Source: a virus
Direction: 5' to 3' (one strand)
IMG/VR virus record: IMGVR_UViG_3300001765_000052
DNA length: 64,000 nucleotides
The notes beneath the pieces are model-generated. The model did not search any database, was not told where the DNA came from, and saw only the letters and a list, made by a program, of their open reading frames with translations. Below, piece by piece: positions 50,988 through 61,273 of this stretch (the stretch's first letter is position 1; every line of letters begins with the position of its first letter). The translations under genes and the position numbers were made by a program.

Positions 50988-52172
50988 GAAGTGGTCGAAG
51001 TGGAAGACACTTCTGTTGATACAACAGAAGTCGATGAAGTATCAACAGAGATTGAAGATAAATCGGAAACTATCGATGAAGCCACTGAAATAAGCGACAC
51101 CATGGGTGAAATGGCAGATGTTTTAGAAACACCAGCTGTCGGTACAGATGAACCAGCACCAGAAACATCTGGCACTGAAGAAGGCGCACCTCCGGACGTT
51201 GCTGTAGATGAAACACCAGTGGAAGCTAAAGAAGTGTCACCAGAAACCGCAGAAGTAGTTAAGATTGCTACCGAGCATTTTCTAAAGCGTCTAGGCTACA
51301 AAAAGCGTAGTATGACATATGCTTTAGAATCATACGGTACATCTAAGTCAGCTAACAAAGAAACCATTAAACAAATTCGCATTGCTCAAGAAGAGATTCA
51401 AAAACGTATCACTATTGCACAAGAAGGTATCTTAGATAGCATTAAGAATAAAATCGACATGATTTTAACAAATAATGATAAATTAGTTACCAGATTAAAT
51501 GCAGTTAGTTCAGCTTATGATTCTAATGGATTAGGTACGGAACCTATTAAGGCACCAGCGTTTGGTAAGTATCTAAACATTTCAAGTAAAGCAAGCGTCA
51601 CGGGTTCCGACGTTTTAAGTATTTACAAAAATGTCACAAAGAACGTTAACAATAAGGAACTTATTAATGCCTTAACTAGCGCGACAGCCGGAATGGAAAA
51701 TATTACAAAAGCAATTAAAGGATCAACTTTTATTGCATTAAAGGCTGATGTAGATAAGACTGTTGAAGCAGCGAGAGTTGTTACTGGTATAGCAAGCGAT
51801 ATGGAAGGAACATTTCATACTAAAAGTAAAGGCATTTACGATGGTGATTTTGAACCAATATCAAAAAGCGACAAACAGAAACTTTCTGCAACAATACTAA
51901 GTCTACTAGAAAGTAAAGAACTTAAAACTTCTGTTAAACTACTTAAAGATGCAATATCGAGCAACACGTGGACTACTTTTATACAAACTAAATTTACGCG
52001 TGTTATGAGCACTAGTACCGCAGATATTGATAGTTCTAAAAATGCTATTAATAGTATAAACAATCTGGCACGCGAAGTTTCAAATATTCTAAAAAATCAG
52101 CACGATGTTTGTCATGCTGGTATTGAATACATCAAAGCATCTACTAATAAAAAAGCACCAGTAGCTGCTTAA
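50943..52172 (+). CDS. Internal head/inner-body protein paralog
   Basis: MARIAIMALEG, ATE, ALE, AQE processing sites. Confidence 0.7.
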   Translation: MARIAIMALEGIEEEEVVEVEDTSVDTTEVDEVSTEIEDKSETIDEATEISDTMGEMADVLETPAVGTDEPAPETSGTEEGAPPDVAVDETPVEAKEVSPETAEVVKIATEHFLKRLGYKKRSMTYALESYGTSKSANKETIKQIRIAQEEIQKRITIAQEGILDSIKNKIDMILTNNDKLVTRLNAVSSAYDSNGLGTEPIKAPAFGKYLNISSKASVTGSDVLSIYKNVTKNVNNKELINALTSATAGMENITKAIKGSTFIALKADVDKTVEAARVVTGIASDMEGTFHTKSKGIYDGDFEPISKSDKQKLSATILSLLESKELKTSVKLLKDAISSNTWTTFIQTKFTRVMSTSTADIDSSKNAINSINNLAREVSNILKNQHDVCHAGIEYIKASTNKKAPVAA

Positions 52173-52200
52173 TCTGAAATAGAAATAACTGCTGTAAATA

Positions 52201-52250
52201 TAATACTGCCTACGATAACAGCTTAACTGCTGTTATCGTAGGCAGTATTA
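52201..52250. terminator. 22-bp inverted repeat
   Basis: taatactgcctacgataacagc / gctgttatcgtaggcagtatta. Confidence 0.7.
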
Positions 52251-52257
52251 ATCTATT

Positions 52258-52363
52258 ATATGCTAGATAAAGCATTTACGTAAATTTTTTATTTGATATT
52301 GTTTTGGAGTAATTATTATGGCTAGAATTGCAATTATGGCATTAGAAGGTATGGAAGAAGAAG
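52258..52363 (+). repeat. Duplicated leader/N-terminus, copy 2
   Basis: Near-identical to 50886-50987. Confidence 0.9.
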
Positions 52364-53637
52364 TAGAAAAAGACACGCGTGCACCAGAAGAAGCAGCGGT
52401 AGATACAATTGCTGATTCACCTGAGCAAGATGTCACAGAAATGACCGAAGAAGCTGATACCGCTACCGATATTGATGATGCAGTCGTTGAGTCAGAAGAA
52501 GTAAGTGATGCACTTACAGACATTGCTACCGAAATGAGAGCTAGTATGCTCGCTGGTGGAATGGATGAACATAGTGCAAAAGCTATTAGCTTAGCTGTTG
52601 AACATATGTGCAAACGCATTGGGTTTCCCACTCATCGCTGCGGTTTTGCACTAGAAGGTTTCAGCAAAAAAGAAACACGTGTACAAGCTACCAAAATTGC
52701 CATGGAATCAGCCATGGACAAGGTGAAAGCCATTGGTAAAACTATCATGGAAGCCATCAGAAAAGTTATCGAAGCAGTGCAAAAATTCTTCGCTAATTTA
52801 TTCAATGCTGCTAAGAAAAACAAGTCACGCGCAGAAACAATTATTGCTGCTGCTAATAAAGCCAAAAGTCTAGCGCCTAAGCAAATCAAAGGCAACAAGC
52901 TATTGGTTCGTGGTGGCAAATTCATTGCACCAGATAAGCTAGCATCCACATTACAAGAAAATCATAATCTTCTTAACAATGGTGTTTTACGCTCATTATC
53001 TGATGTTAATACATTTAAAAAAGTTATTAATTTAGCAGTTGATTCTCTGAAAAATGTTGATATTGAAAAAATCAATGATAACATTACTGAATACAATAAG
53101 ATAGTTGAATCGCAATTTGCCTGGGGTGACAGGAAAGAAGAAGATGGCGGTGTTGAATTTACAAGCAAAGCTGCATTCATAGGTGATAAAAATTATGTTG
53201 TTAAAGCTAGCGGCAAGTTCTTTAAACTTGATAAGTTTGGATTTGAAAATACAAAAGATTTCAAAGAAGTAGCTGATGCTGAAGTTACAAACTTAACTTC
53301 CGAACAAGCTATTGCTGTCTGTGAAAATATCATTGTAATAATGGATGATTTTCTTGAAAAAGAGAAAACAATCAAAGATCTTAAAGATGCTTCGTTTTCA
53401 TTTTTAAGCAGTTTAAAAACGGGTTACGACACCGATAAAACATTACATGATAAAGGTACTGGCGAGACAGATTCCGGTAATATTGCGACTACCTTAACTG
53501 CTGTTATCACCAGCGTGAATAGTGTAGTTCGTTTTACCAACATATCACTGACTAAAATTCGTAGTTATGAAATGTCGGTAGCCGGGGCAGCTCTTAGCTA
53601 TGCGGCAAGTTCTATCAGTGGTGGAAGTGATAAATAA
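52318..53637 (+). CDS. Internal head/inner-body protein paralog (gp93-95-like family)
   Basis: MARIAIMALEG, ALEGF, AMES, KIG..I.EAIRK helix. Confidence 0.7.
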   Translation: MARIAIMALEGMEEEVEKDTRAPEEAAVDTIADSPEQDVTEMTEEADTATDIDDAVVESEEVSDALTDIATEMRASMLAGGMDEHSAKAISLAVEHMCKRIGFPTHRCGFALEGFSKKETRVQATKIAMESAMDKVKAIGKTIMEAIRKVIEAVQKFFANLFNAAKKNKSRAETIIAAANKAKSLAPKQIKGNKLLVRGGKFIAPDKLASTLQENHNLLNNGVLRSLSDVNTFKKVINLAVDSLKNVDIEKINDNITEYNKIVESQFAWGDRKEEDGGVEFTSKAAFIGDKNYVVKASGKFFKLDKFGFENTKDFKEVADAEVTNLTSEQAIAVCENIIVIMDDFLEKEKTIKDLKDASFSFLSSLKTGYDTDKTLHDKGTGETDSGNIATTLTAVITSVNSVVRFTNISLTKIRSYEMSVAGAALSYAASSISGGSDK

Positions 53638-53711
53638 CAAGCACTGCCAGCACCAGATAAAGCTCTTCCAGCACCAACAAAGTAATTAAGCTAGACGGGT
53701 AAATAACATAT

Positions 53712-53752
53712 TAGCTCCACCTATATTAGTGTGACTAATATAGGTGGAGCTA
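53712..53752. terminator. 19-bp inverted repeat
   Basis: tagctccacctatattagt / actaatataggtggagcta. Confidence 0.7.
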
Positions 53753-53812
53753 TGTTTTATATGTGAATTAAAAAACAAAGCAAAACATTGTGTGAGCTAC
53801 AAAAGGATACAC

Positions 53813-55375
53813 ATGCCAAATATTATATTACCAATTGATGACTTGCAAGACAGTGTTAAGAGACCAGTGATATTTGATATCATAAGACAGGTTATGGATA
53901 TCACACAAATATCACATAAGACACAAATTATGTTTCTTGGTGATGAGGGTCGAGCTGCCCAGCAAAATAGTACTATTGATAAAAATAACTTTTTTGAGAA
54001 TAGATGGAACTATAATGAAAAGGTAACTATTGAAGTCGATGAAGATTATGATAGAAATCATCTTATCAATACATACATCAAGCAACCAGAAACAAATTAT
54101 ATTTTCAAAGACGAAGATATCCCTATCTATATCAAACCAGTTTACTCAATGAGCGAAGTAAAGATAACAGTTAAGTATCGTACTCGTGATAAAAATCAAG
54201 CTAACCGATGGCATAATGATATTCGCACTAACATTGCAAATATGCGAGATATTAATTTGCATGAAATCACTTATCATTATCACTTACAAGAACAGTTCAT
54301 TGTTATTTTAAAAGAACTTCATAGATTAAGAGAAAATGTAGCTGGTTATAATGAGAGTTGGGATGATTACTTTATTAATAGGTTAACTAGTAAAGCCAGT
54401 ATTATATCAAACATGTCTGGTCAACAAGTACTTTGGGCAATTGCAGAAAAACAAATTAGAGTACAAGGTTATTTTGACTTTGAAGGCGCACCTGAAAAAG
54501 GAGATAGAGATGGTGATCATGATAACTGGGGTACTAGTTTTGTGTATACATTTGGATATCAAAAACCAATTGAGTGTAATATGTACTACCCAATTGTTAT
54601 TCATAACCAACTCATCCCTGAAGATTACAGAATAAAAGATAAAGATTATACAATCGAAGATCAGTTAAGAACTTTTACAAAATCCGGTAGGGCATTTGCT
54701 GAATTTGAAAGTGATATGAAATCACTTTCAATTAAAGGTAATGACGGCGTAGCTATTCCATACTTTGATGAATTTATGCCATTCAGTATACTGCCATCTA
54801 CTATTCGAGTATTAACTGGACTTACTGTAATAAATGAAGAAGATAAATTAACTTTATTTGATCTAAAAGATTTAGGTAATATTAGTTTAGATCCGGTTAT
54901 ATTAGATTTTTTAATTAATTCGGAATACCCTTATATATGTAAATATTTTAAATCTATATTTTCATTAAGTTTATATAGAGGTGGATTTTTAACATCATCA
55001 GACAATTTAGAGATAGATCAAAATTTAATTGTTAAAAGTAAAATCGAATTATCCCTTAGAAAAACATACCATGTTAGACTAAGTTTAGTTACGGATTTAT
55101 CTTATTTACCATTAGATGCAATAGCACGTCTAAGAAAATACCCTGATGCGGCTAGAAAAATCATTAATGCTATTAATACAGCAGTTATTGACTTAGGCGG
55201 ACAAGAAGATATTAAAAAGAATACTTTGAGTGGATCAGATTTAGCAACCATCACTAAAATTATTGGAGCTAATGATGATAAAGAAAATCTTATTTATACA
55301 AATGATACTGCTGGTAGAGGAACTCGTATGAATTTTATGCAATATTTATTTGTCCAAGCATTTAGAAAGGATTAA
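53813..55375 (+). CDS. Virion structural protein (gp98-like)
   Basis: ATG 53813 with AAGGA RBS; YP.VIHNQ, IPYFDEF, YHVRLSL; synteny. Confidence 0.6.
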   Translation: MPNIILPIDDLQDSVKRPVIFDIIRQVMDITQISHKTQIMFLGDEGRAAQQNSTIDKNNFFENRWNYNEKVTIEVDEDYDRNHLINTYIKQPETNYIFKDEDIPIYIKPVYSMSEVKITVKYRTRDKNQANRWHNDIRTNIANMRDINLHEITYHYHLQEQFIVILKELHRLRENVAGYNESWDDYFINRLTSKASIISNMSGQQVLWAIAEKQIRVQGYFDFEGAPEKGDRDGDHDNWGTSFVYTFGYQKPIECNMYYPIVIHNQLIPEDYRIKDKDYTIEDQLRTFTKSGRAFAEFESDMKSLSIKGNDGVAIPYFDEFMPFSILPSTIRVLTGLTVINEEDKLTLFDLKDLGNISLDPVILDFLINSEYPYICKYFKSIFSLSLYRGGFLTSSDNLEIDQNLIVKSKIELSLRKTYHVRLSLVTDLSYLPLDAIARLRKYPDAARKIINAINTAVIDLGGQEDIKKNTLSGSDLATITKIIGANDDKENLIYTNDTAGRGTRMNFMQYLFVQAFRKD

Positions 55376-55378
55376 TCT

Positions 55379-56767
55379 ATGGCACTCATTACTGGAGACC
55401 CGTTAAGAATAGATGGTATCGTTAAATCAAACCCATTAACACTACCATCCAGTGCTGTCAATACAGTTTTAGTTAATGATAGAAACTATAAATCTACTGT
55501 AGTTGATTTAAAATGGGAACCACGAGTTAACCTTTTAACTCACATTGAAGGTAGTTCTTGGGTAGTTGATTACTATAGTCAGATTATTACTACTGACTCT
55601 AATCTTTCTGGTCAACAATATACAAAAAACCCCGTTTACCAATCATACACTTTGATTAAAAATATGGAGATGAAAGTGTCGTCCCCACTTTCTACATCAC
55701 AAGATGCTGAATCAAAATCAATGTTGGTTACAGGTAGTTCACTTTTATATCCTTTCATTATCCCTAATGAAGGTGATATGTTTATAGCCGATATAGGTGA
55801 AGGTAAAATCGGTATATTCAGAATTACAGATTCTATTAAGAAAAGTATTTTTAAAGAATCTTGTTACGAAATAAGTTATGGTTTAAATAATGATGAAATT
55901 CTTACAGTAGAAGATCTATCACAAAAAACAGTCAAGACATACTACTTTCATAAAGACTTTTTAACATTTGGACAGAATCCACTTCTAATCAGTACTGATA
56001 ACGATGTGTTAATTAGTCTAGATAAAGCATATAGAAATCTTGCACACCAGTATTTTAGAAAATTCTTTAGTGATGAATTTAAAACTATTATGGTTCCGGC
56101 GCAACCATTCACAGTTTACGATCACTTTTTAGTAGATTATCTATTATCAGAATTTAATACTAGGGATTCTCAAGAAATAAGATATATTAGAAAACTAAAC
56201 TTAGATGATGATCTAACGATGAAATGTGATAGTTTTTGGAAAGCATTAAAATACAGAGATGTATCTTATATGAATACAATCTTTGCAAAGTCTGGTTTAG
56301 TTAACACTAGACAATTTACCAGTGATCCAGTTTTAGAAGGTATACGTTATACAGGTATTGATAAAGTTGTTTATCCATCTGACCCTACAGTCATTACGGA
56401 TTATTTCTTAATCAATAGGAGTAAACTACTAGACATAGAAACACTATCACCTAGTCCAATAGTACCTGGATCATCTAACGAAATGATCAGAGCTATTAAT
56501 CTTAGAGGTACTGTCAGTACTATTATTGAATCAGTATATCCTATTACAATAGATGACTTCTATGTATTTAGTAGAAATTTCTACGATAGAACAAATACGC
56601 AATCTGTATTAGAAAGTGTAGTTTGGGAATATTTAGAAAATAAACCTATCGATTATGCTCAACTTCTTGATACTACTAAAACTTATTTTAGATGGGGTAT
56701 ATTAGAACAATTTTATTATATACCAATTATAATGACTTTAATCAAATCAGCAATTAGAGGATTTTAA
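55379..56767 (+). CDS. Virion structural protein (gp99-like)
   Basis: LLTHIEGSSW.VDYYSQ, PNEGDMFIADIG, FYYIP. Confidence 0.6.
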   Translation: MALITGDPLRIDGIVKSNPLTLPSSAVNTVLVNDRNYKSTVVDLKWEPRVNLLTHIEGSSWVVDYYSQIITTDSNLSGQQYTKNPVYQSYTLIKNMEMKVSSPLSTSQDAESKSMLVTGSSLLYPFIIPNEGDMFIADIGEGKIGIFRITDSIKKSIFKESCYEISYGLNNDEILTVEDLSQKTVKTYYFHKDFLTFGQNPLLISTDNDVLISLDKAYRNLAHQYFRKFFSDEFKTIMVPAQPFTVYDHFLVDYLLSEFNTRDSQEIRYIRKLNLDDDLTMKCDSFWKALKYRDVSYMNTIFAKSGLVNTRQFTSDPVLEGIRYTGIDKVVYPSDPTVITDYFLINRSKLLDIETLSPSPIVPGSSNEMIRAINLRGTVSTIIESVYPITIDDFYVFSRNFYDRTNTQSVLESVVWEYLENKPIDYAQLLDTTKTYFRWGILEQFYYIPIIMTLIKSAIRGF

Positions 56768-57358
56768 ATGGATGCTAAAGTACTGTCATCAAGTGATTTA
56801 GAAAAAACTGGATCTTTAATATGGGAGAGATTATTTCTAACATCAATGTGTTATAAAGATACTTTATCAGTAGAGCATATTAGGTTATTTGGTATGCCAA
56901 CAGTAGGTGATACTACAATTGATAATGATATTCATAACCAAGTAGTTGATAGATATCTCACCATTAATCAAATGGTCGATTATTTTAAAAAAGGTATTCA
57001 GGTATCAATTAAAATACACCCTGAAACAGAGGATATTTATAATATAATATCTGCATATCTTTTTGCTTGGAAACGCTATTTAGATAATGGAATAAATATA
57101 GGTGGTGCGCCTATAGAAGATTTGATAGCACTAGATCGTTTTGCAAGTTCAGTTTACGATCATGCGGTGGAACATATTACGGAAGATTACATTCAATCTA
57201 GTATGTTAAGGTATGTCAGCAATAATAAATTAAGTAGATCTACTTTTGAAAAGAAACAAGTTATACATGAAGGTACTGGTGAAGTTAAGCGCCGTGAAAG
57301 TTTAGCTGAATCATTTTCAAATAAAATATACTCAGCAAAAACAAGATTATGGAGATAA
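56768..57358 (+). CDS. Conserved hypothetical protein (gp100-like)
   Basis: APIEDLIALDRFA motif; translationally coupled. Confidence 0.55.
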   Translation: MDAKVLSSSDLEKTGSLIWERLFLTSMCYKDTLSVEHIRLFGMPTVGDTTIDNDIHNQVVDRYLTINQMVDYFKKGIQVSIKIHPETEDIYNIISAYLFAWKRYLDNGINIGGAPIEDLIALDRFASSVYDHAVEHITEDYIQSSMLRYVSNNKLSRSTFEKKQVIHEGTGEVKRRESLAESFSNKIYSAKTRLWR

Positions 57359-57361
57359 AGT

Positions 57362-58723
57362 GTGGAAATAGAAAAAACACCCCTATGGAAAGATTCCAGA
57401 GATATTATTCTCAATGGAGATGATGAAGCTAAAGTCGGCTGGACTGCTATCATACATCTTAATAACGAGGAAAAAGAAATATATAAACCTATACAAGTTA
57501 AAGCTATTGATATCAGTAGAGACTATTGTTATGGCTATGCTGATGAAATAACTTGTACTCTAGAAATACCTTTGGGTAAATATGCTAGACGAATTTACCC
57601 AAATAGAAATCATTTAGAAATTACATTAACAAAGAAACCATTAATTGGTTATGGTAGAGATATAAATAAAGAAATACCAGAAAATACTGAAAAGTATACT
57701 GCTACTCTTATAGATGAGGGTAGATCAATTGTAGAAGGCCAAGGTACAGAAACAAATGATGAATATGCATTAGACTTAATGAGTATTCCACCTATTAAAT
57801 TTCAACTCTATACAAAAGCAGTAGAACAAATAAGAATGATAACTGTTGGTGGTATATTTAGACAAACAAAACTCGATGATGTTATTAAAGGTATTTTAAC
57901 AAAAGAAACACAAAAAATAAAAATAGATAAAAAACTAATGTTAAAGGGTGTAGATTTAATACCAATATCTAACAAAGAAAAAAAAGAACATGTTGTAATC
58001 ACTCATGGAATTAAACTTTATGATTTACCTAATTATATTCAAAATAAGTATGGTGTTTATAATTCTGGATTAGGTAGTTATATACAAAATAATTTTTGGT
58101 ATATTTTTACATTATACGATACAACTCAATTTGAAAAAAGAGAAAAGACATTAACTATGTTAATTCTCCCTATAACTAAATGTCCTGAAATAGAAAAATC
58201 ATATAAGAAAAAAGGTGATGCTTTAACTATCCTTATATCAAGTGACACTAGTTTTAAAGATGAAACAGATAAGAAATATCTTAACAATGGTAATGGTGTT
58301 AGATTAGGTGATTCGAGAAAATTTTTAAATAATTATAGCACAACAGAAGATAATAAAACAAAAGTAGTTAGAATAGAAAATAACAGTGAATTTATTACAG
58401 ATAAAAGAGATAATGAATTAAACATTGTTAATGTAACTGGTAATAGAATTACATCAAATCCTTTTGTAGTATATTCAGATATGTGTTGCAGAAAAGGTGG
58501 ATTATATCAATGCATATGGGAAAATTCAAACCCTAGTTTAATATTTCCAGGTATGCTAGTTAAAATTATATACTTTGATAAAACAGATATTGTAGAGATA
58601 TATGGAGTTATACTCGGTACTAAAAGTACTAGTCTTAGAATTGGTGAAATTAATTCAAAACGACATACTACAAATACAAATCTATATATCTTTGTTCAAA
58701 ATAAACCAAAGGAAGTAAAATGA
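57362..58723 (+). CDS. Virion structural protein, possible baseplate hub (gp101-like)
   Basis: YIQ..YGVY..GLG.Y, GNGVR, WENSNP.LI.PGM. Confidence 0.6.
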   Translation: MEIEKTPLWKDSRDIILNGDDEAKVGWTAIIHLNNEEKEIYKPIQVKAIDISRDYCYGYADEITCTLEIPLGKYARRIYPNRNHLEITLTKKPLIGYGRDINKEIPENTEKYTATLIDEGRSIVEGQGTETNDEYALDLMSIPPIKFQLYTKAVEQIRMITVGGIFRQTKLDDVIKGILTKETQKIKIDKKLMLKGVDLIPISNKEKKEHVVITHGIKLYDLPNYIQNKYGVYNSGLGSYIQNNFWYIFTLYDTTQFEKREKTLTMLILPITKCPEIEKSYKKKGDALTILISSDTSFKDETDKKYLNNGNGVRLGDSRKFLNNYSTTEDNKTKVVRIENNSEFITDKRDNELNIVNVTGNRITSNPFVVYSDMCCRKGGLYQCIWENSNPSLIFPGMLVKIIYFDKTDIVEIYGVILGTKSTSLRIGEINSKRHTTNTNLYIFVQNKPKEVK

Positions 58724-59415
58724 ATACAGGAATATTTATATCGTTAGAAGGCGTAGATGCAAGTGGTAAAAGTACAATGGTAGATCACATTGCACAAGAG
58801 TTCGAAAAAATGGGTAGAGTAGTAGTTAAAACTAGAGAACCAGGTGGTACTATTGTTTCTTCTAAATTAAGAGATATTTTAATTAATACTGAAAAAGAAA
58901 CAATAGATCCAGTCGCACAACTATTAATGTTTTTATCATCTAGGATACAAAATATACAAAATATAATTATACCTGCACTACTAGAAAATAAAATAGTAAT
59001 ATGCGATAGATTTATGGATTCAGCAGTATGCTACCAAGGCTGTTTAAAGGGTCTACAGTGGACTATCGAATCACTGTCTAGTATAGACTCACTAAGATAC
59101 TTAAAAGAGCGCCCAGACCACACTATTTTCTTTAATGTAGATCCAGATGTTTCTTTAAGTAGAGCTACCTCCAGAGGTGAACTCAACCAATTAGATAAAG
59201 AGTATTTGGATGAAAGAGAAAAAATAGTATATTATTTTAGAAAACATTTTGAATCAATAAAATTCATAGAAGATTCTTCTAAATATAGTATACACACTGT
59301 TAATTCAAATGTTAGTATAGATGAAGTTAAACAAGTGTTATCCACAATGATACAAGATAACAAATTAAATTGTAAAAAAAATTCTTTCTTTAAAAGAATA
59401 ACACATAGGTATTAA
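58720..59415 (+). CDS. tmk: Thymidylate kinase
   Basis: FISLEGVDASGKST, TREPGGT, CDRF.DS..YQG. Confidence 0.92.
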   Translation: MNTGIFISLEGVDASGKSTMVDHIAQEFEKMGRVVVKTREPGGTIVSSKLRDILINTEKETIDPVAQLLMFLSSRIQNIQNIIIPALLENKIVICDRFMDSAVCYQGCLKGLQWTIESLSSIDSLRYLKERPDHTIFFNVDPDVSLSRATSRGELNQLDKEYLDEREKIVYYFRKHFESIKFIEDSSKYSIHTVNSNVSIDEVKQVLSTMIQDNKLNCKKNSFFKRITHRY

Positions 59416-59455
59416 TAAAATCCACTATTAGTTTTTAGCTAATAGTGGATTTTAT
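59415..59455. terminator. Bidirectional terminator-like 17-bp inverted repeat
   Basis: ataaaatccactattag / ctaatagtggattttat between convergent genes. Confidence 0.75.
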
Positions 59456-59457
59456 AT

Positions 59458-60279
59458 TTAAACTATTTTTAAATGAGAATATTTATGTTTTGAAAAATAT
59501 TGACTATCTTTTAAATACAAATAGATATTCTTATCCATTATGAAATAATCTAATGGAATATATATACCAGATAAAAAGTAGCATATAGTTAATAATTTTT
59601 TTAAATTATTAATATCGCCATTAAGTGTTTTAAATAATTTTAAATTATTTTTTTCTATAAGTGACATCAAACGAATAATATTTGGACACTTATTAGCATT
59701 TCTAGATACATAAAAAAATCCTTGATCAATTACATCAATAATTTCTTTCATTTGAAGTATATCTGCACCTGTTGATTCTTGCAATAAGTTAACATCAATA
59801 TCATTTATGTCAGTTTTAATTAACCTCGTAATAGCGTAATATTGTAATATAATTGTTAATGTCGTTTTATCTAAATTGAATAACACTTGCGGTATACTAA
59901 AATTAAATAATACAGCACACGCAGTAATCAATCTCTTAATATTATCTTTGCTAGTGTCAGTTAAAGTTGTGTTAGTGTGTAATTCTTTACATATATTTAA
60001 TAAATACGTCGAATTCATATGGTATATTTGATGGAAATAATTTTTAATGAAATTATCAGACCAACCACAATTTTGATTTATAAAGTCATCTAAAATTTTT
60101 TTCTTTTCGTTATCATTTAATAAAATATCCCAATTAAAATGAATCCATCCATTTTTATTTGTAATTACTTCCAGTTGGTTAACGACTGGCTTTTGTCTAT
60201 TAAAAATTTTGTCTAACATAAAAAATAAAATAACTATTAATGCACAATAAAATAAAAAATCCATATCACTTTGGTCCAT
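59458..60279 (-). CDS. Hypothetical membrane-anchored protein
   Basis: 273 aa, N-terminal hydrophobic helix, AGGTG RBS. Confidence 0.6.
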   Translation of the reverse strand: MDQSDMDFLFYCALIVILFFMLDKIFNRQKPVVNQLEVITNKNGWIHFNWDILLNDNEKKKILDDFINQNCGWSDNFIKNYFHQIYHMNSTYLLNICKELHTNTTLTDTSKDNIKRLITACAVLFNFSIPQVLFNLDKTTLTIILQYYAITRLIKTDINDIDVNLLQESTGADILQMKEIIDVIDQGFFYVSRNANKCPNIIRLMSLIEKNNLKLFKTLNGDINNLKKLLTICYFLSGIYIPLDYFIMDKNIYLYLKDSQYFSKHKYSHLKIV

Positions 60280-60778
60280 AAAACACCTACATTATAATTT
60301 GACACATAGAAATAGTTGATTATTTTTATTTTACTATAAATAAAAAAAGATATAGTTAAACAATATAATGAGTAAGTAAACCCAAATAATATATTAATTA
60401 ATATATTATTTATCGTCTCGTCCGCGCTACGCACGAACATCGTGCTTGGTATTTATAGTTTTATATTATTATAATTTTTTAATATATATTTAATAAATTA
60501 TATATTAAAATACATTAAAAGTTATTTTATGCCCTTTTTTGGACTTGACGTCCAAGGGCATAAAAGTCTTTAATTATTCCGAAAATGATACGGCTCGTTT
60601 GTACGACAGTACAAACTTCGCACGTAGTAGGTAAAAGGTTAAAATATAAATACCAATAGATTTAATTCGCTACGCTCTTAAATAGATATACAAACCCCCC
60701 TCCCTAACGGTTCCCCCCTCTAGGAACTATAACATACATTATGCTTATCATTTTTTACACAAACACTACAATAATATT

Positions 60779-60825
60779 CTAGATTTTTTCAATCTTATAT
60801 TATTTTAATGTGTTAGTGTCTTAAC
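60779..60825 (+). promoter_or_regulatory. Early promoter plus UGUC-loop hairpin
   Basis: ctagattttttcaatcttatattattttaatg; gttag-TGTC-ttaac. Confidence 0.55.
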
Positions 60826-60856
60826 CAATGCAGTTATGCTGTAAGGAGAATTTATT

Positions 60857-61273
60857 ATGAACTGGTTTACAAAGTCTTATGTCGCTGCTACAAGTGATTT
60901 AAAGAAAACTGACCTAGTGGCTAATTGGGGTGGATGTGAACATGTAGAAGCTGACACAAAGTCATTGCACATTGTATCATACGAAAATGACCCTTGGGGT
61001 AGAGAAGGATATTGTCTCTGTAAGGAATGCTGGGACAAGTGCCAAGAGGAAGAAGAAGATAAAGAAGTGTTTTGCAATGATTGCAAGACAAAAGTAAAAA
61101 AGAAAGATTCTATTACTTGGACCTGGTATGATTTTTATGCTCCATCTGGAGACACACCACTTGTTATATGCAAAGCGTGTGCTACAAAAGAAACACATAA
61201 ACGTAGAACCCAAAAAGATGAAGCCGACAGAAAAGCTGAGTTTGGTGACCATGATAACGATTATTGCGATTAA
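60857..61273 (+). CDS. Cys-rich putative zinc-binding protein
   Basis: CEH, CLCKECW, CNDC, CKAC; AAGGAG RBS. Confidence 0.7.
   Translation: MNWFTKSYVAATSDLKKTDLVANWGGCEHVEADTKSLHIVSYENDPWGREGYCLCKECWDKCQEEEEDKEVFCNDCKTKVKKKDSITWTWYDFYAPSGDTPLVICKACATKETHKRRTQKDEADRKAEFGDHDNDYCD

Noticed and set aside
50891-53375. Minus-strand ORFs 50891..51175, 52263..52631 and neighbours with similar C-termini
   Set aside because: Antisense shadows of the inner-head genes; their similarity comes from the duplicated leader.
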